A stretch of 63,983 nt of DNA, filler included, from Reticulomyxa filosa (taxonomy: Eukaryota > Protista > Foraminifera): NCBI GenBank assembly GCA_000512085.1. It is 10 parts of 10 records of this genome, joined end to end, with 100 filler letters (N's around TTAATTAATTAA, not from the genome) between each part and the next. Parts side by side here need not be neighbours in the genome. Positions count along the whole stretch, not along the records: positions 48,330 to 55,474 come from ASPP01004755.1; positions 55,575 to 61,895 come from ASPP01007541.1; 8 more parts are not named here. The stretch is one strand, 5' to 3'. The number at the start of each line of letters is the position of its first letter. Within the stretch, counting starts at the first letter, position 1. Both the position numbers and the translations under genes were made by a program. This document shows, in pieces, positions 48,367 to 61,353 of this stretch. The notes beneath the pieces were generated by a model. It was given only the letters and a program-made list of their open reading frames with translations, did not search any database and had not been told where the DNA came from.

Positions 48367-48897
48367 GTAACTCCGTTTTTTTCATTGTCTTGGATTTTAA
48401 CTTGGTTTTCTCATAATATTGAACGTTTTGAGGATATAGCAAGACTCTATGATTTTTTTTTAGCTTCTCATCCTTTGATGCCCGTATATTTTACCGTGGC
48501 AATGATTGTTGACTTTCGAGAGAAACTATTGAACGAGTGTGAGTGTTCTCCTGGTGGAGTCCATATATTTTTTCAACACATTAAATGGAATGATTGGAGG
48601 AAAGAACGCTTTGATAAAGTAATTGAAGATAGCGCTCAAATGTTTCAACGCTTTCCACCACGACAACTGTACACTGAATTTGCTTTCGAAGAATTAAAGC
48701 AAATTCCTGATGACTCCCCCTTCTTGGCACAAAATATCGATGAGGTTGTTGATCTGAATAAACAATACTCTGGCATTTATTTGAGGCTGCCTTTTTGGCA
48801 TTACCAAAATCCCGATTTTTGGAATTATATTGCTTTGCCTCTTGCCGCTGCTGCTCTTGCTGGATATTGTATTAGCACGTGGAATACTAAAAAATAA
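48367..48897 (+). CDS. TBC1D20: TBC1D20/Gyp8-like RabGAP, last exon with C-terminal TM anchor
   Basis: FFSLSWILTWFSH....IARLYDFFLASHPLMPVYF matches the TBC1D20 signature. Hydrophobic tail YIALPLAAAALAGYCISTW. Confidence 0.82.
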   Translation, partial: VTPFFSLSWILTWFSHNIERFEDIARLYDFFLASHPLMPVYFTVAMIVDFREKLLNECECSPGGVHIFFQHIKWNDWRKERFDKVIEDSAQMFQRFPPRQLYTEFAFEELKQIPDDSPFLAQNIDEVVDLNKQYSGIYLRLPFWHYQNPDFWNYIALPLAAAALAGYCISTWNTKK

Positions 48898-49844
48898 AAT
48901 TTGATTTAAACGAGTTTTTCTTTTTTTTTTTTGTTTTTTTGCCATTGAATGAAGTGACATTTAATAAAACTAAAATCGTCTCTCTACATAATACAAAAAG
49001 CATCGGTCAAATTTGTTACAAAACGGAGTGCTAAACAATAGCAAACTTCACAATTATTGTTTATCGATGCATGGTATTTCACAGTTTGCTTCTTTCTTCC
49101 ATTATTGTTTTGAGATTTTGTGCTGCTAGTCCAATATTCGGCAAAGTGTTGTGAATGATAATTAATTGCAATTTTCTGCGCTTACTCTGATTTAGATATT
49201 ATGTATATTGATACACTTTCTTCCTTCACTAGACAAGCACTAGACAAGCACTCTACAGTGCCTTATACAAAATATGGCATCAAATTGTTGACAAGTGTTT
49301 TTTTTTCAATAATTTCTGAATAATGTAATACGATTTTTTATGCTGAAAGAAATTGGCTTAACCAAACGTAGAATTAGCAATTTAAAAAAATACAAAAGAA
49401 ACGAAATAACTTCTAAGTTTGTGAGCAAAGTTCTGGGTTGCCCCTTTTACTTCGGACTTATGCAGAAGAACAACAATTAAAAAAGTTTATTGTTATGTAA
49501 ACAATATTTATAAAAACGTGACATCTTTGTATTGATTATAGATTCTGCACGTTTCGAGTATTTGCTGACATGTCGATTAACACAGTTTTCTCAAAATTCT
49601 TAACTCCGAAAACACTATTTGCTGATTCGTACTATTTTGTGTTTTTATTAAAAAAAAAATTTTTGTTAATAAAAATGTTGGGGGATGAGTCAATGTGTAA
49701 AGCAAGACGAATTTACTGTCTGCATTAGAACTGAGTAACTTTTGTGAAGTTCTTCTGAACTTTTTGTATGTGATGCAACATCAAAAGGGTTTATTGTTTG
49801 GTCAGTGTTGTGATTGTCTTGGATGTCTATGATGTAAAGCAGCA

Positions 49845-52693
49845 TTGCCATATTTATTATTGCTTACACACTGGCACAATGATGTTTATATTACTAGTAG
49901 CAATATCAGTAACGTTGGTGTCCTTACAATGATGCATATACCTTTAAACGTAGTTTATATTTGTTTCAATTCAACAGTACATGTTTGCAAAATCAAAATT
50001 TATGTGAAAAACAAACTTTTTCTTATTAAAAATTTTTTTTTTAAGGTCATCTGTTGGACTTTATCGGAGTCAACGATAACTTGTCTGATTGTGCAAATAA
50101 CCATAAGTGACTTCTGGTTAATATAATATTAGCATGATCGACAAAAGATTTAAAATATAATATATTCAAGTGGCAAAATAAGTTAATGTAACTGTCAACA
50201 AGCGCACTTGTTTTGTTATAGTCTTTCATAGGACCACACTTTGATATAATTGGATGGCATTATAGTGGTCACAATATTATTCGCATGACGCAGTTTGATA
50301 TTATGAGTCAGTAAATCGAATTAATCAATGTTGATAATGCAAAGTAAAGTTGATACATAAAACAGCACATTATAGAGATGATTGATTTTCTACATGAAAA
50401 AAAAACATTCAGACATAATTTTTTTAAAAATATCTATAAATCGTGTACTTTTTAAATATTTTTTTGGTTTTTTATTGAATATTTACTAATTATTTCAATA
50501 TTTTATCTTTTATTTTTTTCTTTCTTTTTTTTTTAGCTAATGTAGTTCGATATTTAATTTTTTTAAATATTTTTTTTGAAAATTGCTAAAGGATTGGAGA
50601 TTTTAACAAAAGACGTACTGTTGAACTGTTACGTTAGGACAGGAGTTTGCTAAAGTTGCAAAAAAATTTAGTGTAAGTCATGAATGTATGCGTAAATTGA
50701 AGATGACATTCAATCATAAAAACATCAAAATTGGTGTTGGAAGCATAATCGTGTGGTCTTGATTTGTAATGTTATGACCTGGTTATGCATGTAACATTAA
50801 TTGATGTGTCAATGCATATATTTACAAAGAAATTCTAGGTGATGAAATGCTTAAAAAGCATTAATTGATGTTTAGAAGATAATGAATGTTGTATATTTAA
50901 TCAAGATAATACCACCAGCAACAAAACAATTACAGTAAAAGAATGGTTTGAACAAAATACTATCAAAGTATTGAATTCTCCAGACATGAACTAAATCGAA
51001 AATATTTGTGAATATTGAAAACAAAAATATTCAAAAATGACCATTCAGATCAAAAGAAGAACTTTGGAAACAATTTGAATTAGAATGTGAAAAAATTTAC
51101 AAAGAAACATGCACAAACTTAACAAAGTCACTGCCAGAGAGAATACAAGCAGTATATAATGCAAAAAGTGATTTAATAAATGGTAATTTTCATTAAAAAC
51201 AATCTTACTACAAAAAAAATTTTAGTTCTTATGCTTTTGAATTACCTTGACTTGTTTGTCTGGACAAAAAAACCAAAAAGATGATAAGTAAAGACAAAGC
51301 AAACAGTAGTCAAAAACCATTATGCTTTCACAATGTACAAACTTTGAAAATAACATTAAATTCTGCAAAAAAAATTTTTTGTAAACAAAAAATTGAGTTT
51401 TCTCAAAAACTACGCAATTTGGAAGACTAATCTTTTTTTATAAATATCTAATCATTGAGAACTTTCTGAAAATGCTTTAAAAAAGTTGTCAAATTTCATT
51501 GTTACGATATATGCAAGATTGTCAACTTTACTTTGCATTATACTGTATTAAGTTTGTGATAATTTAATTAATTTTTTGCACCAGTTATATGTATCTTTAA
51601 ATTGCATGAATATATAAACAAATATCAAATTTTGTCCGAACATTTTTTCTACGTTTCGATGCGATTGAGACTATTGCTATATTCTTGATATAACGTATTC
51701 GATCAACAAAGATATTTGCCAATCATGAATTGACAGCACAATTTGCATAATCTTTAGAATGCTTCAGTTGGTTCAGGATCGAGTACTGTTTTCACGAGTG
51801 TACATATGCTAGGTCAGCGTGACGTTATTTTCTTTAATAAAGGTAAACATCATCAATTTGTTTTTTCATTATCTTTTCTTTTAAATGTACAAAATTAGTG
51901 TGAAAAAGACATATTTTAAACAAGTAATAATTTATGTTTTGTTTTTTTTTTCACATGTTGTTCATTTTTTAGTTATTTTTTTTAAACAAAAGGGTAGTAA
52001 AAGTATATTTCATTTTTTGTCGCTTAAAAAAAATTTTTGTTAGTATTATAGTCTCAATAACGCCGAAATGATGGTGAAAAAAACAAAACTAAACATTTCC
52101 AACAATTTGCCACAATTTTAAAAATAAAGTCAACATTACCTTCACTAATTACTTTTACTCATATTATCTGCAGGAATAGTGAGTAGACTAAGTGTAATAC
52201 GAAAGGAAACTTAGTTCCGAAAAGTAATTTCAGGAAAAAGAAAGTAAATTAACGAAAATAATTTCAACACAATGAAAGGAAACAACTAAAGAACTAGACA
52301 AAGTGAGTTGTGTTGTTAAGAGATTAACCCACAGGGGGTCCCACAGTTCATTTATTTGAACTTGTGTAATAGTGCTTTACCCTACATGTCAATGCAAATC
52401 AGATAATGTATATCAATTATTGATAATTGTTCAAAATATACTTATTACGATCAAAACAATGTCGAATGTCAAATGTAAGAATATATCACAAATAACCACA
52501 CCATAAAGTATGTCAAAACATTATTTAATGTTTTTTGAAAAAAAATTATTTTATTTTTAAAGGTACTCGAACACAAATCTCCGCTACATTATATGAAGAT
52601 GCTGCATTGCAAGACTGACTACATTACTGATATTGCTTCTAGCAATATAATATGATATTGTGCCAGTGTGTAAACAAGTATATAAATATGACC
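49845..52693. repeat. Pair of about 95-bp degenerate inverted repeats (49845-49938 and 52598-52693)
   Basis: TTACACACTGGCACAATGATGTTTATATTACTAGTAGCAATATCAGTAA and TTACTGATATTGCTTCTAGCAATATAATATGATATTGTGCCAGTGTGTAA are imperfect reverse complements. Confidence 0.7.
50334..51545 (+). mobile_element. Decayed Tc1-family DNA transposon
   Basis: TIRs ATAATGCAAAGTAAAGTTGA (50334-50353) and TCAACTTTACTTTGCATTATACTG|TA (51522-51547). Internal DDE remnant KIGVGSIIVWS*F, FNQDNTTSNK, NSPDMN*IENI and SLPERIQAVYNAK, with stops. Confidence 0.88.
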
Positions 52694-53399
52694 ATATCCA
52701 GAAAGTTCCAAAAATATAGTAGCCGTAATAAACAAGTAAATATAATTCAGTTGGCTTTTCGTATTAAGCTAAGCATAATCAAATTTTGTTAGTATTTGTC
52801 TTGTATTTTCCACTAACCACTAACTCCGAAAAAATGATTTCTTTTTATTTGAGTGGTCTGACTATTTTTATACTTTACATGAAAAATTTATTTAAATGTT
52901 TTTATCTTATTGTGATAGTGGGAGTTAAAATAAAAAACAGCGAGAACAAAACCGATTTTTATTGACATCATTGAAAGGTGCCCAATCTTATCTAGAAATT
53001 ATTGAAAAAAACACTTGCCAACAATTTAATACAATCTCAAAAGTAATATATGTATATTTACTTTTGAATATATTGTCATTTAATAATAAATATGCATAAA
53101 TTGTTTGTTAATCGAATCATTTTATCAAATTATTTAATTGTATGACTAAAGGAAAACTTGTTCAATTCAGATTTTTTTAAAAAATTTAAACAATTACATT
53201 TTGCATCAATAATGCTGCAATCTTTGATTTGGATTTAAGAATTTATTATTTTAGAAGAAAAATGTTCGTGAATGCGATTAAATGTAATAATGAAAAAGTA
53301 TAAATGCCACAATTCAAAATATAAAACACATATCAGCACAATTGATTGTCAACACAAAAACAATTAAGATATATATGTTATAAATAAGGTGGATAAGAT

Positions 53400-53620
53400 A
53401 TTGGAATAGTTGATTATTGTAGAAATAGATTCGGTTTGAGTATAACAAATAAGCCCTTCTTTACCCCATTCACGACCAATTCCAGATTGTTTAAAACCAC
53501 CAAGATAGTTTTGGATCAGATAAATGATAATTAATATAAATAGTTCCAGCATTAATAGATTGAGCAATTCTAATAGCTTTTTGTGGATCTTGTGTTAAAA
53601 TACCAGCAACTAAACCAAAT
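53400..53620 (-). pseudogene. Aldehyde dehydrogenase C-terminal fragment
   Basis: FGLVAGILTQDPQKAIRIAQSINAGTIYIN, then a frameshift, then GGFKQSGIGREWGKEGLICYTQ. No upstream ALDH sequence is visible. Confidence 0.8.
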
Positions 53621-53726
53621 TATGGAGCTTCAAAAAATTTGGGGAGTTATATGTTTGGCTGTGCTCTTTTGAAAGGATAAAAACCTTTGTGATTGTTGAA
53701 ATAAAATAAATAAATAACAAAACAAG

Positions 53727-55417
53727 ATGTATAATCCGATGACATCTATTCCTTTTGATAAAGCTTGGGAAATATTTCGCAAGCATCCCGAAACTCAAAG
53801 TGCAATGACTCTAACAGAATTTTGCGACTACTACAAAAGCACTTACAAATCACAACCACCAACCCATCAATATCTTCTTCAATTGTGTGCATTGCGATGC
53901 CCAACAAATGATGTCAGCTATTTTATTTGTGTGCTTGTATTGACTTTTGTTTTGTTTTTTTCTTACTTTCGGAGATTGAAATGACGGAACAAACATTACG
54001 AAAATAACATGAAAAATCAAGACTATTCGTTTGGCAGTTGAAAAAGAAGACATATGTGAAACAAAAGATTGTGATTGTTATATGTTGCATGTTGATGAAG
54101 TTATCCACCCTTTCGTGGTTTTTATGTACATATATCAAAAAAAAAAAGCATTTGTACCATATACATTTATATGTACAATATGTATGCATATATATATTAC
54201 ATATACATATTATACCTCAAAGCAAAAAGAAGACATTACCACTTAAAATAACACTCAAAAATTAGTCGAATTTATGCCATCATTACTCCACGTCCTTAGA
54301 ATGCAAGAATACTCGTTGTAAGCGAGTCCATGCTCCAAAAGAATCATTATGCGAAAGAGTGTTGCAAGTGTTTCAAAAAAGCCAACGCGACTCGATGACT
54401 TATGGCTATTTTTCGACAAAGCATCGTGAATTATATCCTCACTTGCATCAGCACCAACCATCCCGGAATACCATTTTGTTGAGATATGACGACCTGGTCA
54501 TCATTGATGGAGCGGGAGAATCTGCAAAAGTGTGTACATGTAATTGTATGTTCTTTTTTTTTTTTTTTTTGACATGCCCTTGTGTTCTCGTTTTAAAATA
54601 TTAATCCTCATTTCTATTCTGTGGGAACAACACATTTGGCGCACCCAATCAAAAAACTATCACTTCATGGTGACAAAAAAGTAATACGAAAGGGAGGAAA
54701 AAAAAAAAAAAGAAAGAAAGATTGGTTTGTATTTTTTGAAAAAATACATTGAAAATGCAAGGTTGAATTACCGATCAAACACATGCAAAACATAAAAGGG
54801 ATTGCTTTTTATATAATTTTTTGGAGAATATGTTGTTATTATTATTATTATTTTTTTTTTGTTGTGCATCTTACTCTTCTCTCCTCCCCCCTTTTTTTTT
54901 GGTCTACAAACAAGTGCATGGATGTTCGTAGTATGATGTAAAAATAAAGAATATAAAAAAACGAAGACGCGAACAAGATATCAAACAAACTGTAAAAAAA
55001 AAAATAAATAAAGATGTCTCTTGTAAAAGACCGACCACCCAATTCATCGGAACATTCACAAGACAGACCCTTTCCAGCGATAAAAGTGCGTGGGTTGAAT
55101 GTGTCATGGACCAATCCAAATGAACTAATTTCGGGAATAAAGGCACTGTTCAATCGCGAATGTGTGAAGGATATCTATGTCCCTGGCCATGTGCGAGTTG
55201 CCTACGTCATTTTAGAAACTCCCGAAGCAGTGAATTCATTTATTTCAAAGTGTCATCATCAATGGTGTCACGGCCGTCTGATTAGTGTTGTCGCGCGTGG
55301 CGTAACTGAGGAATGCAAACCAAAGTTACTTTGTAGTGCGTATATATGTGATATTTTGATGAAAGAGTACTTACAATACTATTAAAGATACATTTGGAGT
55401 TTTTTCTATCCATATAC

Positions 55418-55448
<31 letters not shown>

Positions 55449-55474
55449 TTCTTTTAAAAAAAAAAAAAAAAAAA
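53727..55474 (+). CDS. Multi-exon protein with an RRM-like domain, 3' truncated
   Basis: 55014..55385 IKVRGLN....IKALF...VKDIYVP....VAYVILETPEAV...CHGRLISV fits the RRM pattern. Short upstream exons from ATG 53727 are inferred to belong to the same gene. Confidence 0.55.
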
Positions 55475-55574
55475 NNNNNNNNNNNNNNNNNNNNNNNNNN
55501 NNNNNNNNNNNNNNNNNNTTAATTAATTAANNNNNNNNNNNNNNNNNNNNNNNNNNNNNNNNNNNNNNNNNNNN

Positions 55575-55614
<40 letters not shown>

Positions 55615-56371
55615 ATCGAAACGTTTTCTGGAAATGGGACTACTCCCATGGATTGAGTGCAATCCAATACGAGATGGCACTTTGGTTTGTACTTTTTGGA
55701 AATGACCCGAGAAATTTCTTCGATTCCAACCCAAGAGCCATCGCTCCAATGAACATTTGGAATGGTCACCAAAATTGTGTCACTGTCGATGCATTGCAAT
55801 ACGTACTGTGTCCAACTGTCTTTAAAGCTAGGTCTTTCAACCACTCGGATCTCCACAACGTTCTCGCCCAGCTGCTCTTGCATGCGCTTCCACACATAGT
55901 AATTCGATGGATATTGATCCCGCAACAACACCACGTTTCCACGTGTTCCTTTCTCTTTCCAATGCTTCTTCACTACCTCTGACAGATTCTTTGCGATTGT
56001 TGCACTGCCGAAACTTACCGACGGCACTATGCTTATATCTTCCGCTTTCACATCCTTGTGATTCATTAGTCGGCACACTAATCCGCGAAATCGATCCGTC
56101 TCTTTAAAAAATTCGTCCGATGTTATTGCCCATGGTGTAGCTTTTATTTCTAGTCCTCGGTTGCCTCCCTTTGTTTTTTGTTGTTCCAATGCCCCATTTT
56201 AGCAACACCAAAAAAAAAAACAAAACGTACTGCGATGACTGATTTCAACGCTGGAGACAAGTACGAAGTATTGAAAAAGTGAATGTCGTCGGGCACCATG
56301 AATAAATGCCTTTGACTGGGCAATACTGAAAAAAAACGTTTGGAATGCCACATTGGAATATACCTTTTCAT
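55575..56371 (-). CDS. PLP-dependent class V aminotransferase (cysteine desulfurase/selenocysteine lyase-like), N-terminal half
   Basis: HFFNTSYLSP, ATPWAITSDEFF, IVPSVSFG, DQYPSNYYVW, PNVHWSDG and VLDCTQSMG. Intron at about 56165-56230. N-terminus MKRYIPMWHSKRFFS looks like a presequence. Confidence 0.85.
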
Positions 56372-56718
56372 ATTTTTGCACAATTTAATAAATTTTCACC
56401 TTTAGCTTTTTTCCTTGTTGCCTTCAAAGGCTTGTCTTTTGGCAGAATGCATTTCTGCGATTACTTTGCAAAAAATGAATTGAAGTAGATTTTTCATGGA
56501 ATCGTTCATTTATTCAAATTTGTATATTATTTTCTTATACAGAACTGGGCTGCTGTTGAGGTTCTCTAAAAGAAAGTGTACGCTATGTCAAATTATAGAT
56601 ATTTTAGAACCTTTTGTTGAAACAGCTTTTGGTTGCTCTTCCGCTGGGAGAAAAGCGTAGCTTTTTTTGATTTGATTCCTCCGTCAAATAGGGCAGACAT
56701 TTGCAAGCAAAATCAAGA

Positions 56719-58529
56719 ATGGGCAACTGTTGTTTGGAAGCTCCTCAAGAACATAGAGAGATCGAGGAGCAATTGGGCAAAGAACACAAAGAAAACAAAT
56801 CTGTTGGTTCATCCTTGTTCTGTGCAAACACTAATCTTTTTAAAATTTCTCAATCCAACATACCCATAGGAAAACGAGAAAAAAAAGGTACTACTACTTG
56901 GTGCTGGAGGTAGTGGAAAAAGCACATTACTCAAACAAATGCTGTTCTTATACAAATTTGGCTATGGTACTGTTCTTTTTTTTTTAAAAAAGTAATGTGA
57001 ACAAATACAAGAGATTTTTGTGTTTAATGTACCAAGCATACCCAAAAGATGAACTCATGCTTTACCGACGTGTGTTAAGTACTTTCCTTTTAAGATCTTT
57101 GCAAAGGGCTGAAAATATTGCCACGGGGTGATTCGTATTTGTATGTGTTTTGTTTTAGTGTCGCACAGAATGTGTTTGAAATTTCTCGAGCAGTATGTTT
57201 CAAGGTAAGCAAAAAACAAAAGGTGCATATAAAGAAACGAACAGATTAACAATATGTGTAATGTGCTTGGTGCTTTTTTTTTGTTACGGATTGGTCAATA
57301 GCTACAAGAGACAGGTCCACACAACGACGAAGATGTAGAAGCAGCATCCAGCTTTGTTCAGAAATACGACGCAAAGGACGAAATCAAAAGTGATTCAAAA
57401 CTGATGGAGGCAATTAAAAAACTTTGGGAAGATGTTCGTTTTTTATCGTTTCTTTATTTTTTTTGTTTTTGTTTTTGTTGACAAGTAAGTACGTATACTA
57501 ACTCATTAGAAAACGTTTCGCGAGATGTTTGAACAAAGCAAGAAGGGTTCGTCATACGATAACTGTGAGTACTTTGTGAATGAACTCACAAGAATGCTAT
57601 CTTCTGATTATCAACCCACATTTGAAGATATTCTTAGATCAAGAGTTACGTTCAAACAAACAGAACACTGCAATACGTATATAATATTTTTTTTTTTAGG
57701 GGCGCGCTGATAGTAGTGGAACAAATTGTTCCGGCAAAAATAATGCAAACAATAAAATAAATAAACAAAAGGCTACGACAACAGGGGTGATCAAACAAGA
57801 ATTTGTTTATGAAAGGGACAGAGGTGCATCCGCAAAATATCTTATCATTGACGTTGGTGGTAAGCCTTTTTTACGTGTTCCATTTTCTTTTTTCTTTATT
57901 GTACATGCAAAAAAAAAAAAAAAGGCCAGAGAAGTGAGCGCCATAAATGGGTTGGCCAGTTTACGGATGTATTTGCTGTGTTATGGGTGTTTGCTTTGAG
58001 TGGATACAACCAGGTACATTATATAATTGAAGGAGAAAAAAAGAAAAACAATAATAAAAATGACAAGTTAATTGATACACGGTACACGTCAAAAAAAAAA
58101 GGTGCTCCAAGAAGACCCAACGGCAAATAAAATGAAAGAAGAAATGGAATTGTTTCGGTCAACAGGCAAACATCCCGTGTTTGAGAAAATTGATTTCATT
58201 GTGCTGTTGAACAAGCATGATCAATTTATTGAAAAAATTAAGGAATTTCCTTTTGATTTCTCCTTTGAAAATCATTCCTACACCGGCAAACAAGATCCTG
58301 ATGAAATTATCGAGTGGATCAAAGATGTTCTACATAGCATTGATAAGCGTTCGCGTTTGTATTTCCATGTCACCACCGCCACTGGTTTGTAAAAAAAAAA
58401 AGTTTTTTAAAGAATGAAACACACACCAAATGTTTGAATTTAATAGACACTGAAAAATTTAACGTTGTATTTGGCCATTGTCATGAAATTATGTTACAAG
58501 ATGGTCTGAACAGAGTCGGGTTGTTCTGA
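56719..58529 (+). CDS. Heterotrimeric G protein alpha subunit (multi-exon)
   Basis: MGNCC (myristoyl/palmitoyl), LLLGAGGSGKSTLLKQM, YQPTFEDILRSR|ATTTGV, IDVGG|QRSERHKW, LLNKHD, HVTTAT|DT, and C-terminus LNRVGLF*. Confidence 0.95.
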
Positions 58530-61353
58530 TTATTGTATTTTTGGAAGCTTTTTGTGTTTGTGTTGAGTTTAGTGTCTTTCTTTTTTCGATTGTGGATAAT
58601 TTGGTGATATTTGGTTTGCGGGGGCGGTTCATAAGTTGTTTTTTTGATCATTTTCGGTGCAAATTTGCCTAGCCTTTGAAATTACCTTTTTCGCACGCTA
58701 TCCCTCCTTTTCTTCTCTTATTCCAAACAAAGCAATAAACTTACATTTGGCTTAAATTTTTTAAAAATTTCGGTAACAGTGTCGTTGTAGAGACAAGAAC
58801 ATTGCAATCTGTTGTCCATTTTATGAACTGTCACGCAAAGTTCGAAAACATAAAGTGCGTCCATTAATAATCCTTAATATGATCCATGTACACAACCAAT
58901 ATAGCCCTCACAAGTGCAGGTTATTGAACACATACCCAGATTACAAGGGGCGCATTATCACACTCACACTGCAAAAAAGCAGTTGAATAAATACGTACAA
59001 AGTAAAGGACGAATGATTGGAAAGACAATCAAAAAAAGGAGTGGCATTGCATATATAGAATTATTACTATTTCGCTAGACCAATATTTGTTTTTCGTGTA
59101 AAACTTACTTTTCTTCTTTGGCACAGTTCCCAATCATACTTAAATTTTTAAGGACAAAATGTTGATTAAATTAACGTTTTTTTAATATACGTACCAGAAT
59201 AATCGGTTTAAAACATGCAAGATTGTTTCACGGTTTGTCCGCTTTTCCTTGAAACGAAAACAAAACGGAAAAAAAATCCCTTTAAAAAAATATGTACGAT
59301 AGAAAGGATAGTACCGAATGTAGAACGTAAGATCAAATAATTGGAGAGTTTATTTCAAACATCGTGTAGTTATCAATAACTCTGTCCATGCAAAATAAGG
59401 AAAGTGTGAAAACATAAGATGAACAAATTGATCCATTCCAATTAATCGAAAATTGTACTAAAATCGACCAATATTAACATTTTTTAATATAAAGATCAGC
59501 TTTTTTTGTGCACTATATGTCGTGGCCAGGGCATAACTTGACCACACAAAACACAGAGCCCAGTATTTCAAAAAAGTGAATAATATCACGTCGCTGTTCA
59601 AAAAAGTAGTGTTGTTACGTAGCACTAAGGTCCAAGTTGACAATTTTAACAGTTTAAGAGAAAAATTCAATTTTTCAGATTTTGCCTTGGAATGTTTGCG
59701 GCTACATAAACTTATTGGTATTTTTCTGCTTTGGACTAAATCTGCAAAAGGGGCACTTTATGAACTTTTTGAGCTGTTACTCTTGTACGTGCAGTTAAAA
59801 AAAAACTAGTGTTGGACAGCCATCAATAACAATTAATTACAGGTAGGGACAAAGTTTTGACACCTAAATGATACCTTTGAAGGTGATCAATTTTGTATAT
59901 GAAAAGTCCACATTTTTCAAAAAAATTTTTTGTTTCAAATACATTTCATTTCTACAATTTTTTGTCAATTACAACTTTTTTATTCTTTTTTGCGACATTA
60001 CTTTATTATATTTAACAATTTTAAAAATTTTTTTCTTGTAGATATTGTTTTAAATTTCGTTTCTATTTTTGTTGGATTGCATGTCAGAATTGCGTTTTTT
60101 AATGTATTGTCGATAAGTGCAAAGTTATCTTTTTTATGTTCATTTTTACTTATTTTTACATTAGCAATTTTAATTAAACAATATTCCTAATACAACAAAA
60201 CTATTACTTATTTTTAAAAGCAACAATTTTTTCGAGTTTTTCACGTATCAGTCTATGTTAAACTGTACAATTTAATGAATAAAGAAATTAATAAAATTGA
60301 ACTTTATAATTGAAAATTATAATAACACAATTAAAGAGATTTTATCTTTTTGAGTTTGATGTTTTTAAATAGCAGAGAAAACTTTGAACACAAAGATCAT
60401 AAATAACTAAAAAAATAAACATCGTAAAAATTAAAAAAAATTTAAATAAAACAAAGTTAGATAAAAAATACAAACCTAACAAAATAGAGTAACGATGTTG
60501 TAGGACATAATAAAAATGCCTGTAATTGGAGAAATTGTTGATAATGAAATGCATTTTGAAACAAAGATTGTGAGCATTTTCTTAATTAAAAAATTATCTT
60601 CAAAGGTACTTTAACAATTTCACGCTCCAAGATGTATGATCTTTTCAGATTACATTCGACATTAAATATGGTCTCATGCTATTTACGATGATAATAAATT
60701 TTGTGTCAAGACTCTAACAATTAACAACAATATCAAACACTTTTTAACAGCCGTATACTTGCCAATGCAAAAATTAATAATTTTGCACATCAAAAAATGT
60801 TTTAACATAATTTCAAAAAAGATTATATTTTTAAATACAAAAACGATATTTATATGTTAATATAATTCATATTCTTTTGCACTTCAACAAAAAGCTAAAC
60901 ACTATTTGGTACACATATATATCTTGATAGAGTTGACCATACTGGGGTATAAAAGAACAGAGTTCATTAAATTGTTTTATTTTCGTAAAAATCTAAACTG
61001 AAAATCATTTCAGAAATGTTAGTATTATTTTTACTTGACAAGTTTCGATCTATGTGCATATTCAATGCTTTCACGTTTTGTGTTGGAAATCATTTTGAGA
61101 TTTCTTTAATAATTTGGCTTAGATTACATAAACTAAAAGTATTTAATTTTTCTCGATAACTTGTTACTTTTTTATTGGTTTAAATGCCTTACTTAATATA
61201 TCGTTGGTAAATGTACAGTAGGAAACAAGAGTTCATCGTTTTGAAATGTATTCACGGAAATCATGAAAACAGCAGGAAAAGGTTTGATATTTAAAGTTGA
61301 CCAAATTTGCACCATCCATTCACAAAAGAATATTAAAAAAAACAAGGCAGTTT

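Noticed and set aside
59838-59870. TA|CAGGTAGGGACAAAGTTTTGACACC as the left TIR of another Tc1-like element
   Set aside because: It looks TIR-like, but I found no convincing matching right end or transposase remnant in the contig.
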